Shown: positions 36,650 to 46,803, counted from the stretch's first letter. The stretch is 64,000 bases of DNA from Bacillota bacterium (GCA_037129925.1 JBAXTZ010000015.1:1-64000), one strand, 5' to 3'. Notes: a model not told the origin generated them from the letters alone. Made by a program: numbers and translations.

Positions 36650-37876
36650 TTATATTCGATTAATCACCATACCATCCCGCAACTTCGGTTCGAACCAAGT
36701 TGACTTTGGCGGCATGATTTCATTATTGTCGGCAATTGCCAGTAATTCATCCATTGATGGCGGAAACAACGAAAATGCCACCGCGTAGTCGCCGCTATCG
36801 ACCAGTTTTTCTAGTTCGCTCATGCCGCGGATACCACCGACAAAATCGATGCGCTTGGCAGTGCGCGGGTCGTCGATCGCTAACAGCGGTTGTAAAATGT
36901 TACGTTGGAGAATATTGACATCCAACCGCGCCTGACAATCATTTTCATCGACGATATCACTGTTAGCACGCAATACGTACCACTCGTTATCAATATACAT
37001 TCCGAATACATGTCGGGTCTGTGGTTTTCCGGATACATCGCTACCCTTACCAATGTTGCTCACCCGGAAATTTTCCGCTACGGCCGCCATAAATTCAGCC
37101 TTGGTCAGACCGTTTAAGTCCTTGACCACCCGGTTATAGTCCATGATTGCCAATTGGTCATGAGGAAAGGCTACCGCCAAAAACACTTGCGCGGCAGCAT
37201 TTTCTGGTTGCTGACCGGCCAGCAATACGGCAGCCGCTGAGCGATGATGCCCGTCGGCGATATATAAGTCCGGAATGTTGGCAAACGCCGTTTTAATATT
37301 GCTGCAGTCTTCCGGCGCATCAACCACCCACATAGTGTGGCGAACGCCGTCTTCGGCAACAAAATCATACTCGGGTATACGGCAGGTAAACCCGGCAACC
37401 AGGTCGTCTAGTTTCGCTTCGGCGCGATACGCCAAAAATACCGGTCCGGTCTGGGCCCGGGTAATGCGGATATGCATGGCCCGGTCATTTTCTTTGTCGG
37501 GGCGGGTCAACTCGTGTTTCTTGATTTTATTGCCGCGATATTCAGCAGCCGAATAAGCGGCGGCAATGCCCGTCTGGCGGTGCGCCCCCTTGGTCAACCG
37601 GTAGATGTAGTATGCCGGTTGAGCTTCTTCAAACAACAGCTCCGCTTCAACCATCGCTTGCAGACGGTCGGCCGCGCATTTATATATCTCCGGCGCGTAC
37701 GGGTCAACATTTGGATGTTCAGCCTCAGCTTTGGTCACCCGCAATAAACTACTCGGGTTAACGGCGATTTTCGCCGCCGCCTCAAGGCTGTTCATAACAT
37801 CATAGGGCGGCGCCGAAACCTCAGCGACTTTATCTTTTGCCGAGCGCAATGCCCGAAACGGTAATACTTGTGCCAT
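36650..37876 (-). CDS. DUF1015 family protein
   Basis: 408 aa. DUF1015 proteins frequently neighbour serA, which is the case here. Confidence 0.55.
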   Translation of the reverse strand: MAQVLPFRALRSAKDKVAEVSAPPYDVMNSLEAAAKIAVNPSSLLRVTKAEAEHPNVDPYAPEIYKCAADRLQAMVEAELLFEEAQPAYYIYRLTKGAHRQTGIAAAYSAAEYRGNKIKKHELTRPDKENDRAMHIRITRAQTGPVFLAYRAEAKLDDLVAGFTCRIPEYDFVAEDGVRHTMWVVDAPEDCSNIKTAFANIPDLYIADGHHRSAAAVLLAGQQPENAAAQVFLAVAFPHDQLAIMDYNRVVKDLNGLTKAEFMAAVAENFRVSNIGKGSDVSGKPQTRHVFGMYIDNEWYVLRANSDIVDENDCQARLDVNILQRNILQPLLAIDDPRTAKRIDFVGGIRGMSELEKLVDSGDYAVAFSLFPPSMDELLAIADNNEIMPPKSTWFEPKLRDGMVINRI

Positions 37877-39507
37877 TAAAATATAATCACTTTCGGCTGA
37901 GCCACACCGTCAATCGCGGCAATCATTTGCAACACTTCCTCGCCTGGTTCAACTTCCAGAGCGATCAGCATGATATTATTCCCCGGTATCGCCATCTGCT
38001 CCAGCTGCATCCCGCCAATGTTGATTTTGTTCTGACCAAGAACAGTAGCTACTTTACCAATCATTCCCGGACGGTTGACGTGCGGGCAGATCAGCAATAT
38101 GCCTTTGGGCGCAATATCCACCCGGTAGTTATCCAGACGGACAATTCGCGCATCGCGTTCACCCAACAGCGTCCCTGCCACAACATGGCGGTTTTCCGCT
38201 GAACCGACGGCTACGGTGATTAAATTGGCAAATTCCTTTTTGTCTTCGCTCTTAATTTCACGGACATGGATGCCGCGGTCTTTTGCCAAATGATAGGCGT
38301 TTACAAAATTCACACTATCCTCGGTCATCGGCGCTAACACACCTTTGATAACCGCTGCCGTCAGCAATCGCAAATCATAGCCGCCGACTTCGCCATTATA
38401 CTCAACTTGAATTTCTTCAACGCCGCCTTCGAGTAATTGAACTGCTAACGTTCCCATTTTCTCAGCCAGTGTAAAATACGGTTTAATAGCATCAAGCGTG
38501 GCGCTCGAAACCATTGCCATGTTGACGGCGGTCTGCGCGGTTTTGCCTTTGAGCACCTGAATAATGCCGTGCGCTACATCTACCGAAACACCCACTTGCG
38601 CCTCTTCAGTCGATGCGCCGAGGTGCGGGGTGAACAAAATCCGTTCCGCTGTTAACAACGGGTTGTCGGCCAAGATTGGCTCTTTGGAAAAAACGTCGAC
38701 TGCCGCTCCGGCGATTTGGCCGCTATTCAATGCCGCAGCCAAATCGGCTTCATTTACTACGCCACCCCGGGCGCAATTGACGATTCGCGCCGTCGGTTTC
38801 ATTTTGGCAAATGCTGCCTTGTTCAACATTCCTTTAGTATCCGGGGTCTGCGGGAGATGCAACGTAATAAAGTCCGCTTCGGCGAAAATTTCCGCCAATT
38901 GGGCTTTTTTGATTCCGGCAATCCGCGCTTGTTCTTCGGTTACGTAAGGATCATAGCCAAGAATCTTCATTTCCATCGCCGCAGCGCGTTTGGCAACACC
39001 CCGTCCGATGCGTCCCAGTCCGAGGATACCAATCGTCTTACCACGCAATTCCACGCCGACAAATTTAGCCCGTTCCCACTTGCCTTCTTTCATCGACATA
39101 TACGCTTGGGGAATGTTGCGGGCAAGCGCCAGCATCATCGCCATCGTGTGTTCTGTCGCAGCGATCGTATTCCCTTCCGGCGCGTTCAGAACGACAATTC
39201 CTTTTTGAGTAGCAGCTTCAACATCAATATTATCGATACCAACACCGGCACGGCCAATGGCTTTGAGCTTATCGGCTTTGGCGATAATATTCTTTGTAAC
39301 TTTCGTTTCACTGCGGACGACCAACGCGTCATATTGACCAATAATTTCGATTAGTTGTTCTTCGGTTTGCTTGATGATAATATCCACCTGATGGTCAATT
39401 TTCAGGATATCAATCCCCTCTTGAGCCACCGGATCAGCGATTAAAATTCTCATGGTCAGTCTCCTTATCATTGTAAAAATTGTACCTATTATCTCTGAAA
39501 AAGCCAA
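37876..39507 (-). CDS. serA: D-3-phosphoglycerate dehydrogenase with a C-terminal ACT domain
   Basis: A 2-hydroxyacid dehydrogenase NAD site (GILGLGRIGRGVAKRA) is present, together with catalytic R/E/H residues and a C-terminal ACT domain. The true start is probably MRILIADP (about 39453). Confidence 0.85.
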   Translation of the reverse strand: MAFSEIIGTIFTMIRRLTMRILIADPVAQEGIDILKIDHQVDIIIKQTEEQLIEIIGQYDALVVRSETKVTKNIIAKADKLKAIGRAGVGIDNIDVEAATQKGIVVLNAPEGNTIAATEHTMAMMLALARNIPQAYMSMKEGKWERAKFVGVELRGKTIGILGLGRIGRGVAKRAAAMEMKILGYDPYVTEEQARIAGIKKAQLAEIFAEADFITLHLPQTPDTKGMLNKAAFAKMKPTARIVNCARGGVVNEADLAAALNSGQIAGAAVDVFSKEPILADNPLLTAERILFTPHLGASTEEAQVGVSVDVAHGIIQVLKGKTAQTAVNMAMVSSATLDAIKPYFTLAEKMGTLAVQLLEGGVEEIQVEYNGEVGGYDLRLLTAAVIKGVLAPMTEDSVNFVNAYHLAKDRGIHVREIKSEDKKEFANLITVAVGSAENRHVVAGTLLGERDARIVRLDNYRVDIAPKGILLICPHVNRPGMIGKVATVLGQNKINIGGMQLEQMAIPGNNIMLIALEVEPGEEVLQMIAAIDGVAQPKVIIF

Positions 39508-40747
39508 TTAACGCAAGTCCAAGCCGGTCGGCCAATTCTACTGCGGCATAACTCGGAGCGCTTACGGCGCACACCAGTCCCACTGGTACACGGCGAATTT
39601 TTTCCAGCAGTTCGACACTGACGCGCGACGATAACAACAGGATTTTCGCCTCCTGAACAACATCGTTGATAACCAAAGCACCGATTGCCTTATCGAGCGC
39701 GTTATGCCGGCCGATATCTTCAAAAAAACTTAACAAATTCCCCTTATCGTCAAAAAAACCAGCGGCGTGGGCAGCGCCGGTACGGCGAAAAATCACTTGC
39801 TGCTCAAAAAACTTTTGTTGAAGTTGTTGCATAAAAGAAATTTCCGGACGGATAAATTCACGAGGACGTTCCAACAGCTCCTGCTCGTTACGAAATAACG
39901 CCTGATATTCGCAGTTGTTATTCCGTTCCAAGTGCATTATATCTTTCATATCCGCCAACCGCCCTGTTGAATAACCCCAGCCAATCAGCAGTTCGCGGAC
40001 ATTTACCGGCGTACATAAAAACCGCTGTTCGTCCGGTGTGTGGAGTACTACCGTTTGTTCGACAATCAATTCATCCTGCGCAACCGTTGTTATGCCGTTC
40101 CGGTAGCGACTGATTTTGCGGGCGACAACCGCTGACGGTTCAGCTTGACAAAAGTTGTTGTAATCAGCTGGCGTATTAATATTTTCGATACTGCGCCCGT
40201 TTTGCAAGACAACACGCTTGACCAAGCCGCTGTCAGCAAGCGCCTTCGCCCGGCGAATGTTGTTCTGCATCAATTCATTGATAACCACTAGCGACCGTTT
40301 GCTATATAGCGCATATAACGGTTCCAAACGACCATTGTTTTCCGGCATAACCGCGATACAATCGCAGGTATTTGCCGCTAACAGCTGTTTGAACAAACTC
40401 ACGTCGATTTTCGGCGAGTCCACGGCTACGACAAACACCGTTTCGTGCTTTGCCGCCCGCAATCCAGCGCTCATTCCTGCAAGTGGTCCAAAATCAACCC
40501 GCTCATCAACCACCATTCGACAACCTGCAACCACGAAATTCTGGTTTTGATTGATACTTATTATAATGTCCGTAAACAAGCTTTTTAATTGCTCGCTCAG
40601 GTATTCTACCGCAATTTTACCATCGTATTCCAACAGCGCTTTGTCGCTCCCCATCCGTGAGCTTCGCCCGCCAGCGAGAATGACTACTGAGCAATTATCG
40701 AAAGCTAACATTTTGCACGCTCCAATAAAATAATAAAGCAACGCCAA
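39434..40747 (-). CDS. fdhD: MobA-like molybdenum-cofactor guanylyltransferase fused to formate dehydrogenase accessory sulfurtransferase FdhD
   Basis: The N-terminus is MobA-like (VVILAGGRSSRMGSDKALL). The C-terminus is FdhD-like (EDIGRHNALDKAIG and the Cys-containing loop FLCTPVNV). Confidence 0.7.
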   Translation of the reverse strand: MALLYYFIGACKMLAFDNCSVVILAGGRSSRMGSDKALLEYDGKIAVEYLSEQLKSLFTDIIISINQNQNFVVAGCRMVVDERVDFGPLAGMSAGLRAAKHETVFVVAVDSPKIDVSLFKQLLAANTCDCIAVMPENNGRLEPLYALYSKRSLVVINELMQNNIRRAKALADSGLVKRVVLQNGRSIENINTPADYNNFCQAEPSAVVARKISRYRNGITTVAQDELIVEQTVVLHTPDEQRFLCTPVNVRELLIGWGYSTGRLADMKDIMHLERNNNCEYQALFRNEQELLERPREFIRPEISFMQQLQQKFFEQQVIFRRTGAAHAAGFFDDKGNLLSFFEDIGRHNALDKAIGALVINDVVQEAKILLLSSRVSVELLEKIRRVPVGLVCAVSAPSYAAVELADRLGLALIGFFRDNRYNFYNDKETDHENFNR

Positions 40748-40865
40748 TGATCTACAGCATCAGCGTTGCAATTACTAGCTTCTTATACTTGCAGTTCTTT
40801 AACCAGTCTCTTGCGTTTCTGCTTTCAACTTTTACATATCAGCTTTTATCATGCTTTCAGTATTA

Positions 40866-42017
40866 TTATGCTTGCAGCCATTCTATCTGCGCTGCCCGCA
40901 CACCGGCACCCAGTTCAATTTTTTCGCCCAATTCCAGCAAGGTCATTTCTAACATCGTAATCGTCACCATCACATCACTGATAGCGCAAAAACCCATATG
41001 CCCGATGCGGAAAATTTTGCCTTCCAAGGCCTTTTGACCGCCCGCCATCGTCACGCCATAAGTTTCCCGCATGATTTTTTGGATTTTTTTGGCTTCGATA
41101 CCTACCGGCGGATAGATGCCGGTAACAGCGTTCGACGCGCAATAATCTTCGGCGAGCAATCGCAACCCGAGCGCTTTGGCAGCGGCGCGGATACAGTTGC
41201 GCAATTTACGATGACGCAAGAAAATCGTTGTCAGCCCTTCTTCTTCAATCATTTTTAAGGCTTCTTGCAAACCAAACAGCAAACTGACCGGCGGCGTGTA
41301 GGGGTTTTGCCATTTTTCCAGCGCCTTACGCGCCGCTTTGGCATCCCAATAAAATTTAGGATTGTCCGTGGCATCAGCCTTAGTCCAAGCTTTGGCGCTG
41401 ACCGCCATAACACCAATACCCGGAGGAATCATCAACGATTTCTGACTGCCGGCTACCACAACATCCAAGTTCCAATCATCCATTTTTAACTCAATCGCGC
41501 CCAGACCGCTCACCGAATCGACCATAAACAGCGCCGGATGCTGACCGCGTGCCGCGCTAATCGCTTGGACATCATTAGTAACCGATGCCGAAGTTTCGTT
41601 ATGTGTAACCAAAATTACTTTGATTTCATGGTTGGTATCCGCTGCCAAGCGAGCGGCAACCGCCTTGGGGTCAATCGCCTGACCGACTTCGACCGACATT
41701 ACTTCGACATCCGCGCCATAGCGCCGGGCAATTTCCGCCCAGCGGTCACCAAATACACCGACCGTTAACGCCAGCACTTTTTCATTCTTGCCGACAAAAT
41801 TAGCAATCGCCGCTTCCATCACGCCGGTGCCGCTTGACGGAAACAATATTACATCGTTATTCGTCTGATAAACCGCCTTCAGGCGCGTGGTGCAGTCTTT
41901 GAGCAACCCTTCAAATAAAACACCGCGATGGTTAATAACCGGACGGGTCATTGCCTGAATCACTCGTTCCGGAACCATCGTCGGACCGGGAATCATCAAA
42001 AATTGTTTTTTTAGCAC
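40866..42017 (-). CDS. Class V aminotransferase (serine-pyruvate / alanine-glyoxylate / phosphoserine aminotransferase-like)
   Basis: 383 aa with a PLP-lysine region (VVAGSQKSLMIPPG), positioned next to serA. Confidence 0.75.
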   Translation of the reverse strand: MLKKQFLMIPGPTMVPERVIQAMTRPVINHRGVLFEGLLKDCTTRLKAVYQTNNDVILFPSSGTGVMEAAIANFVGKNEKVLALTVGVFGDRWAEIARRYGADVEVMSVEVGQAIDPKAVAARLAADTNHEIKVILVTHNETSASVTNDVQAISAARGQHPALFMVDSVSGLGAIELKMDDWNLDVVVAGSQKSLMIPPGIGVMAVSAKAWTKADATDNPKFYWDAKAARKALEKWQNPYTPPVSLLFGLQEALKMIEEEGLTTIFLRHRKLRNCIRAAAKALGLRLLAEDYCASNAVTGIYPPVGIEAKKIQKIMRETYGVTMAGGQKALEGKIFRIGHMGFCAISDVMVTITMLEMTLLELGEKIELGAGVRAAQIEWLQA

Positions 42018-42162
42018 TTAATTCTTCAGCTCCTATCATTAATTTTTACCCGCGCATTATATCATTCAAGAAGATTTTTTGCAAACCAAGCAATAGCTTG
42101 CAGGAATAACCGCTCTTGATATAGAATATAACTATGACAAAATTTTCGAGAGGAGTTTAGTA

Positions 42163-42855
42163 ATGAATTATTCACACGAAGTTGAACAAATGATTTGTGT
42201 TGCCAAAGGCTGCAAACACGATTCAGCGCCAATTCCCCAAGAAGGAAAATGGACGGTATCCCGGGAAATCAAAGACATCAACGGTCTGACCCACGGTGTG
42301 GGCTGGTGCGCTCCCCAACAAGGCGCATGTAAGTTAACCTTAAACGTAAAAGAAGGCATCATTCAGGAAGCGCTTATTGAAACCTTAGGTTGTTCAGGCA
42401 TGACCCACTCCGCGGCAATGGCAGCGGAAATTATGCCCGGTAAAACTATTTTGGAAGCATTAAATACTGACTTGGTCTGTGATGCCATCAATACCGCTAT
42501 GCGCGAATTGTTTTTGCAAATCGCTTATGGTCGCACGCAAACTGCTTTTTCGGATGACGGACTGCCAATCGGCGCCGGCTTGGAAGATTTAGGCAAAGGC
42601 TTGCGCAGCCAAATTGGCACTACCTATGGGACTATCGCCAAAGGTCCGCGCTATTTGGAATTAGCTGAAGGCTACATTACCGAAATCGGACTAGATGAAG
42701 AAGATCAAATCATCGGTTATCGGTTCGTCAATCTGGGCAAAATGATGGAAAGCATCCATAAAGGCGTTGACGCCAACGAAGCTTTGACTAAGGCATCCGG
42801 AAAATACGGCCGCATTGATGAAGCTGTTAAGACTATCGACCCGAGACATAAATAA
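42163..42855 (+). CDS. NifU/IscU-like Fe-S scaffold-domain protein
   Basis: The three-Cys pattern of the IscU fold is present (GWCAPQQGACKL, TLGCSGMTHSAAMAAE, LVCDAINTA). A C-terminal extension of about 100 aa follows. Confidence 0.5.
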   Translation: MNYSHEVEQMICVAKGCKHDSAPIPQEGKWTVSREIKDINGLTHGVGWCAPQQGACKLTLNVKEGIIQEALIETLGCSGMTHSAAMAAEIMPGKTILEALNTDLVCDAINTAMRELFLQIAYGRTQTAFSDDGLPIGAGLEDLGKGLRSQIGTTYGTIAKGPRYLELAEGYITEIGLDEEDQIIGYRFVNLGKMMESIHKGVDANEALTKASGKYGRIDEAVKTIDPRHK

Positions 42856-42880
42856 TTCGAAAGTGAAGGAGTGAAATATA

Positions 42881-43879
42881 ATGGCATTGTTCGAAAGTTA
42901 TGACCGCCGCATTGCGACCATCCAAAAAACTTTGGATAAGTATGGCATTGCCTCATTAGAAGAAGCCCGACAAATTTGCACTGATAAAGGTATGGACGTT
43001 TACAATATCGTCAAAAACATTCAGCCAATCTGCTTTGAAAACGCCTGCTGGGCATACATTCTCGGCGCAGCAATCGCAGTAAAAAAAGGCTGTACCAAAG
43101 CCGCTGATGCCGCTGTTGCACTCGGCGAAGGTTTGCAAGCATTCTGTATCCCCGGTTCAGTAGCCGATAGCCGCAAAGTCGGTATCGGACATGGTAATCT
43201 TGCCGCGATGTTGTTGCGCGAAGAAACCCTCTGTTTTGCTTTCCTTGCCGGTCACGAATCATTCGCTGCCGCTGAAGGCGCGATTGGTATCGCCCGCTCG
43301 GCAAACAAAGTTCGCACCGCGCCGCTCAAAGTTATTTTGAACGGTCTTGGCAAAGATGCCGCGATGGTTATCGCCCGCATCAATGGTTTCACCTATGTAC
43401 AAACTAAATTCGATTATTATACCAGCACCCTGAACATCGTTCGTGAAATCAGCTATTCCAAAGGCGAACGCGCATTAGTCCGTTGCTACGGCGCCGACGA
43501 CGTTATGGAAGGCGTTGCCATCATGACCCTGGAAGATGTCGACGTATCCATCACCGGTAACTCCACTAACCCAACCCGCTTCCAGCATCCGGTCGCTGGT
43601 ACCTACAAAAAAGAATCCAACGAGCGCGGCAAAAAATATTTCTCAGTAGCTTCCGGCGGCGGTACCGGTCGCACTCTGCACCCAGATAACATGGCAGCTG
43701 GTCCGGCATCCTACGGTATGACCGACACCATGGGTCGGATGCACTCAGATGCCCAATTTGCCGGTTCATCTTCAGTACCGGCACACGTTGAAATGATGGG
43801 ACTGATCGGCATGGGTAACAACCCGATGGTCGGCGCCAGTGTTTCCGTAGCCGTGGCAATTGAAGAGGCTTCACGCTAA
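42881..43879 (+). CDS. GGGtGRT family protein (function unknown)
   Basis: 332 aa containing the eponymous motif FSVASGGGTGRTLHPDNMAAG. Confidence 0.7.
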   Translation: MALFESYDRRIATIQKTLDKYGIASLEEARQICTDKGMDVYNIVKNIQPICFENACWAYILGAAIAVKKGCTKAADAAVALGEGLQAFCIPGSVADSRKVGIGHGNLAAMLLREETLCFAFLAGHESFAAAEGAIGIARSANKVRTAPLKVILNGLGKDAAMVIARINGFTYVQTKFDYYTSTLNIVREISYSKGERALVRCYGADDVMEGVAIMTLEDVDVSITGNSTNPTRFQHPVAGTYKKESNERGKKYFSVASGGGTGRTLHPDNMAAGPASYGMTDTMGRMHSDAQFAGSSSVPAHVEMMGLIGMGNNPMVGASVSVAVAIEEASR

Positions 43880-43911
43880 CAGCCAAAAGGCTTCAAACCA
43901 CAATTTGCAAA

Positions 43912-43957
43912 ACATTATTCTACAGAGTATAATTCTCTGTAGAATAATGTTTTTTTG
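43912..43957 (+). terminator. Rho-independent terminator (perfect 15-16 bp stem plus T7)
   Basis: acattattctacagag / ctctgtagaataatgt, followed by TTTTTTT. It ends 8 nt before the GGAGG RBS of the next gene. Confidence 0.75.
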
Positions 43958-43968
43958 TTGGAGGCTGT

Positions 43969-45387
43969 ATGAAATTCATAAACCGCGAGCGCGAACTGGC
44001 TTTTTTGGAAAGTGAATTCCACCGCGAAGGTTCCTCGCTGGTAATAATCTATGGACGGCGGCGGTTGGGAAAGACTACGCTTATCAAGGAGTTTTTGCGT
44101 GGCAAACGCGCCGGTTTTTTTCTGGCAACTGAGGAACTAGAGAACGATAACCGCGCATCGTTCCGGCAGATAATCGCCGATTTGACCGGCAACGATTTGT
44201 TGCGTAACAGCATTGCCAGCTGGGAAGATATATTCAAGGTGATTTCCGACAGTTCGCCGGACGAAAAACTGATTGTAGTAATCGATGAGTTTCAAAATCT
44301 TGGCAAATCCAATCCGGCATTTCCGTCGATAATGCAAAAAGTCTGGGATAATTTGCTGATAAATTCGAACATCATGCTGATACTATGCGGTTCGTTAATC
44401 AGCATGATGGAAAGTCAGACGTTAAACTATACCAGTCCACTCTACGGGCGGCGCACCGGACAAATAAAACTAAAACAAATTGAATATCGTTTTTTCCATA
44501 AATTCTTCGAGAAAAAAACCAATCAAGAATTACTCGATATTTACGCCGTCACCGGCGGCGTGCCAAAATATGCCGAAATGTTCCCGATGCGCGCGGGCGT
44601 TGATTTGTTTACCACGCTGCGGCAGGCGGTGCTGTCGCCGGATGCGATGCTGTATGACGAACCGGTGTTTTTGCTCAGCCAAGAGCTGACCGACAGCCGA
44701 ACCTACTTCTCGATCCTCAAAGCGCTGGCGGCCGGAAATCGCAAAATAAGTTCGTTAGCGACAATATTGGAAATAAAGCAGACCAGTCTTCCAAAATACC
44801 TGAAAACGTTAATCGAGCTGGATGTGTTAGAACGACGCACGCCGGTCACCGAAGTATCTCCGGAAAAGAGCAAGCGTGGTTTGTACTATTTCAAGGACAA
44901 TTTCCTGGAGTTTTGGTTCAAATTCGTGTTCCCGCGCAAAAGTGACCTCGAAGCCGGTTATGTGGACGATGTCGAAAACGGCATCAAGCAGCGTTTTGCA
45001 GAAAACCACGTTGCATTTGTTTTCGAAGAAATTTGTCGGAAATATGCGCAGCAGTTGAGCGCTTGCGGAAAGCTGCCATTCAAATTAGCGAAAGTCGGTG
45101 CATGGTGGAACAATAACGCCGAGATTGACATCGTCGGTTTTGACGAGACTCGTTCGGCTTGGTTGTTCGGTGAATGTAAATACACGAACGAGCCAGTCAG
45201 CGAACGAGTGTTATATGCGCTGATCGACAAGTGTGCGCTACAGTCAATCTGCCCCGACACTGCAGAAAAAGTTTACGTTCTGTTTGCCAAAACCGGTTTT
45301 ACCAAAAAACTGGCGTCATTGGCTAAAGAGCGCAAAGATGTGCTTCTGATAGCACTTGAAACTATGGATTTTGAGCGGGCGGTTTAA
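43969..45387 (+). CDS. ATPase of the 'archaeal ATPase' (PF01637-like) + DUF234 family
   Basis: 472 aa. Walker A (GRRRLGKTT), Walker B (IVVIDEFQ) and a C-terminal DUF234-like region. Confidence 0.6.
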   Translation: MKFINRERELAFLESEFHREGSSLVIIYGRRRLGKTTLIKEFLRGKRAGFFLATEELENDNRASFRQIIADLTGNDLLRNSIASWEDIFKVISDSSPDEKLIVVIDEFQNLGKSNPAFPSIMQKVWDNLLINSNIMLILCGSLISMMESQTLNYTSPLYGRRTGQIKLKQIEYRFFHKFFEKKTNQELLDIYAVTGGVPKYAEMFPMRAGVDLFTTLRQAVLSPDAMLYDEPVFLLSQELTDSRTYFSILKALAAGNRKISSLATILEIKQTSLPKYLKTLIELDVLERRTPVTEVSPEKSKRGLYYFKDNFLEFWFKFVFPRKSDLEAGYVDDVENGIKQRFAENHVAFVFEEICRKYAQQLSACGKLPFKLAKVGAWWNNNAEIDIVGFDETRSAWLFGECKYTNEPVSERVLYALIDKCALQSICPDTAEKVYVLFAKTGFTKKLASLAKERKDVLLIALETMDFERAV

Positions 45388-45432
45388 CGCAGCAAACTCT
45401 ACCGCCGGATGAATATATGAGTCATCAACAAT

Positions 45433-45475
45433 AACGCCGCCTGAACGATTAATTTCGTCCGAGCGGCGTTTTTAC
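45433..45475. terminator. Bidirectional terminator between convergent genes
   Basis: Stem aacgccgc...gcggcgtt, followed by TTTT on the plus strand. Confidence 0.55.
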
Positions 45476-45486
45476 GCTTACAATAC

Positions 45487-46803
45487 CTATTCGTTACCGT
45501 TCACCAATTTAAAACAATACTTTTCCAATTCTTCTGCAACCTTTTCCAGCGGTGTGTCCCAGTCTCCCGGCGTCGGCTGGCGGAATATCCGCATTATCGG
45601 GTACCAGTAGCTTTTATCAGTGTTTAATCCCCAGCGCCATTCCGACTCATAAAACAACAACAGCCAGACCGGTTTACCCATTGCTCCGGCCAAATGTGCA
45701 ATCGCCGTATCAACAGTGATTATCAGATCACAGGCATCGACTAGCGCTGCAGTATCGTTGAAATTCTGAGATAATCCGATCTCGTTGACTACATTCGGAC
45801 CGAAGTCACGCTCTTTCAAATTCATGTTGAGGTTGACCCAGCAGTAACCTTCTTTGCCGATAAGTTTCAGGGAATATTCTAGAGGACAATCTCGCCATAG
45901 GGTATCCTGCTTCGTAGGCCTTCCGCTGGAACAAAAACCGATTTTCGGTTTATCGATCAATATCAATCTTGCAACAACTGTAGCAATTTCCGGACAAATT
46001 TCTTCTTCGCCAACTGCGAGATATTTGTCAATCGAATAATCTTCAAAAGGTACGTTCATTTTGAATGGCAAACTCATTATTGCTACCGCATAATCATATC
46101 TGCAGATATTCCGAAATTCCACGCCAGCGCGGAGTTCCATGATTTCATCCTCCTTCACCAATTGCTTGAGTAGCGAAACTAGGGGCTTTTTCACCACCAG
46201 AATTATCCTGCCGCCAAACATTTTTTTTACCAGTGGCACAAATCGAGCAAACTGAATTACATCACCCATACCCTGCTCATGATAAATTATCAATGTTTTA
46301 ACGTGTGAATTTTCCCCCTGCCACTGAGGCAAATGCTTAGGACATAGTTGTATTGCCTTTTCGTAATCTAACCGCGCTTCGTACAATTTGCGGCCTTCAA
46401 CATTTTCTCCCAACAGACACAGAAATACACTGTACTCCCATAACAATTGAGCTTCATCCGAGGATCCTTTTACCAGCGCGATTGCGCTTCTAAAAGCTGA
46501 CATAGCATCCGAAATAAAACCATTATTCAAGAGCGCTCTCGCGGCCTCCGCAAGAAATAAATAATTCCTTGGCATCATGTCAAGCACCCGCTGATATGCT
46601 CTCGCTGCAGCAGATATGTTCCTGGCGTTTGCATAACACACGGCGATATCTCGTTGTAAATCAACATTATCCGGAAATAATTTATCCAGAGCAACCAAAA
46701 ACTCACCGGCCATAATCCATTCACCTGCCTTTGCAGCTTCTATTGCCTGACTTTTCAGCTTTTCGCTTTGTTCAATTGGCTTCTCTGTTACGCAAAATAT
46801 CAT
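45487..46803 (-). CDS. TPR-repeat protein fused to a glycosyltransferase family 9 (heptosyltransferase-like) domain
   Basis: N-terminal TPRs are followed by GT9-like motifs (TLIIYHEQGMGDVIQFARF, VDTAIAHLAGAMGKPVWLLL). Confidence 0.6.
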   Translation of the reverse strand: MIFCVTEKPIEQSEKLKSQAIEAAKAGEWIMAGEFLVALDKLFPDNVDLQRDIAVCYANARNISAAARAYQRVLDMMPRNYLFLAEAARALLNNGFISDAMSAFRSAIALVKGSSDEAQLLWEYSVFLCLLGENVEGRKLYEARLDYEKAIQLCPKHLPQWQGENSHVKTLIIYHEQGMGDVIQFARFVPLVKKMFGGRIILVVKKPLVSLLKQLVKEDEIMELRAGVEFRNICRYDYAVAIMSLPFKMNVPFEDYSIDKYLAVGEEEICPEIATVVARLILIDKPKIGFCSSGRPTKQDTLWRDCPLEYSLKLIGKEGYCWVNLNMNLKERDFGPNVVNEIGLSQNFNDTAALVDACDLIITVDTAIAHLAGAMGKPVWLLLFYESEWRWGLNTDKSYWYPIMRIFRQPTPGDWDTPLEKVAEELEKYCFKLVNGNE

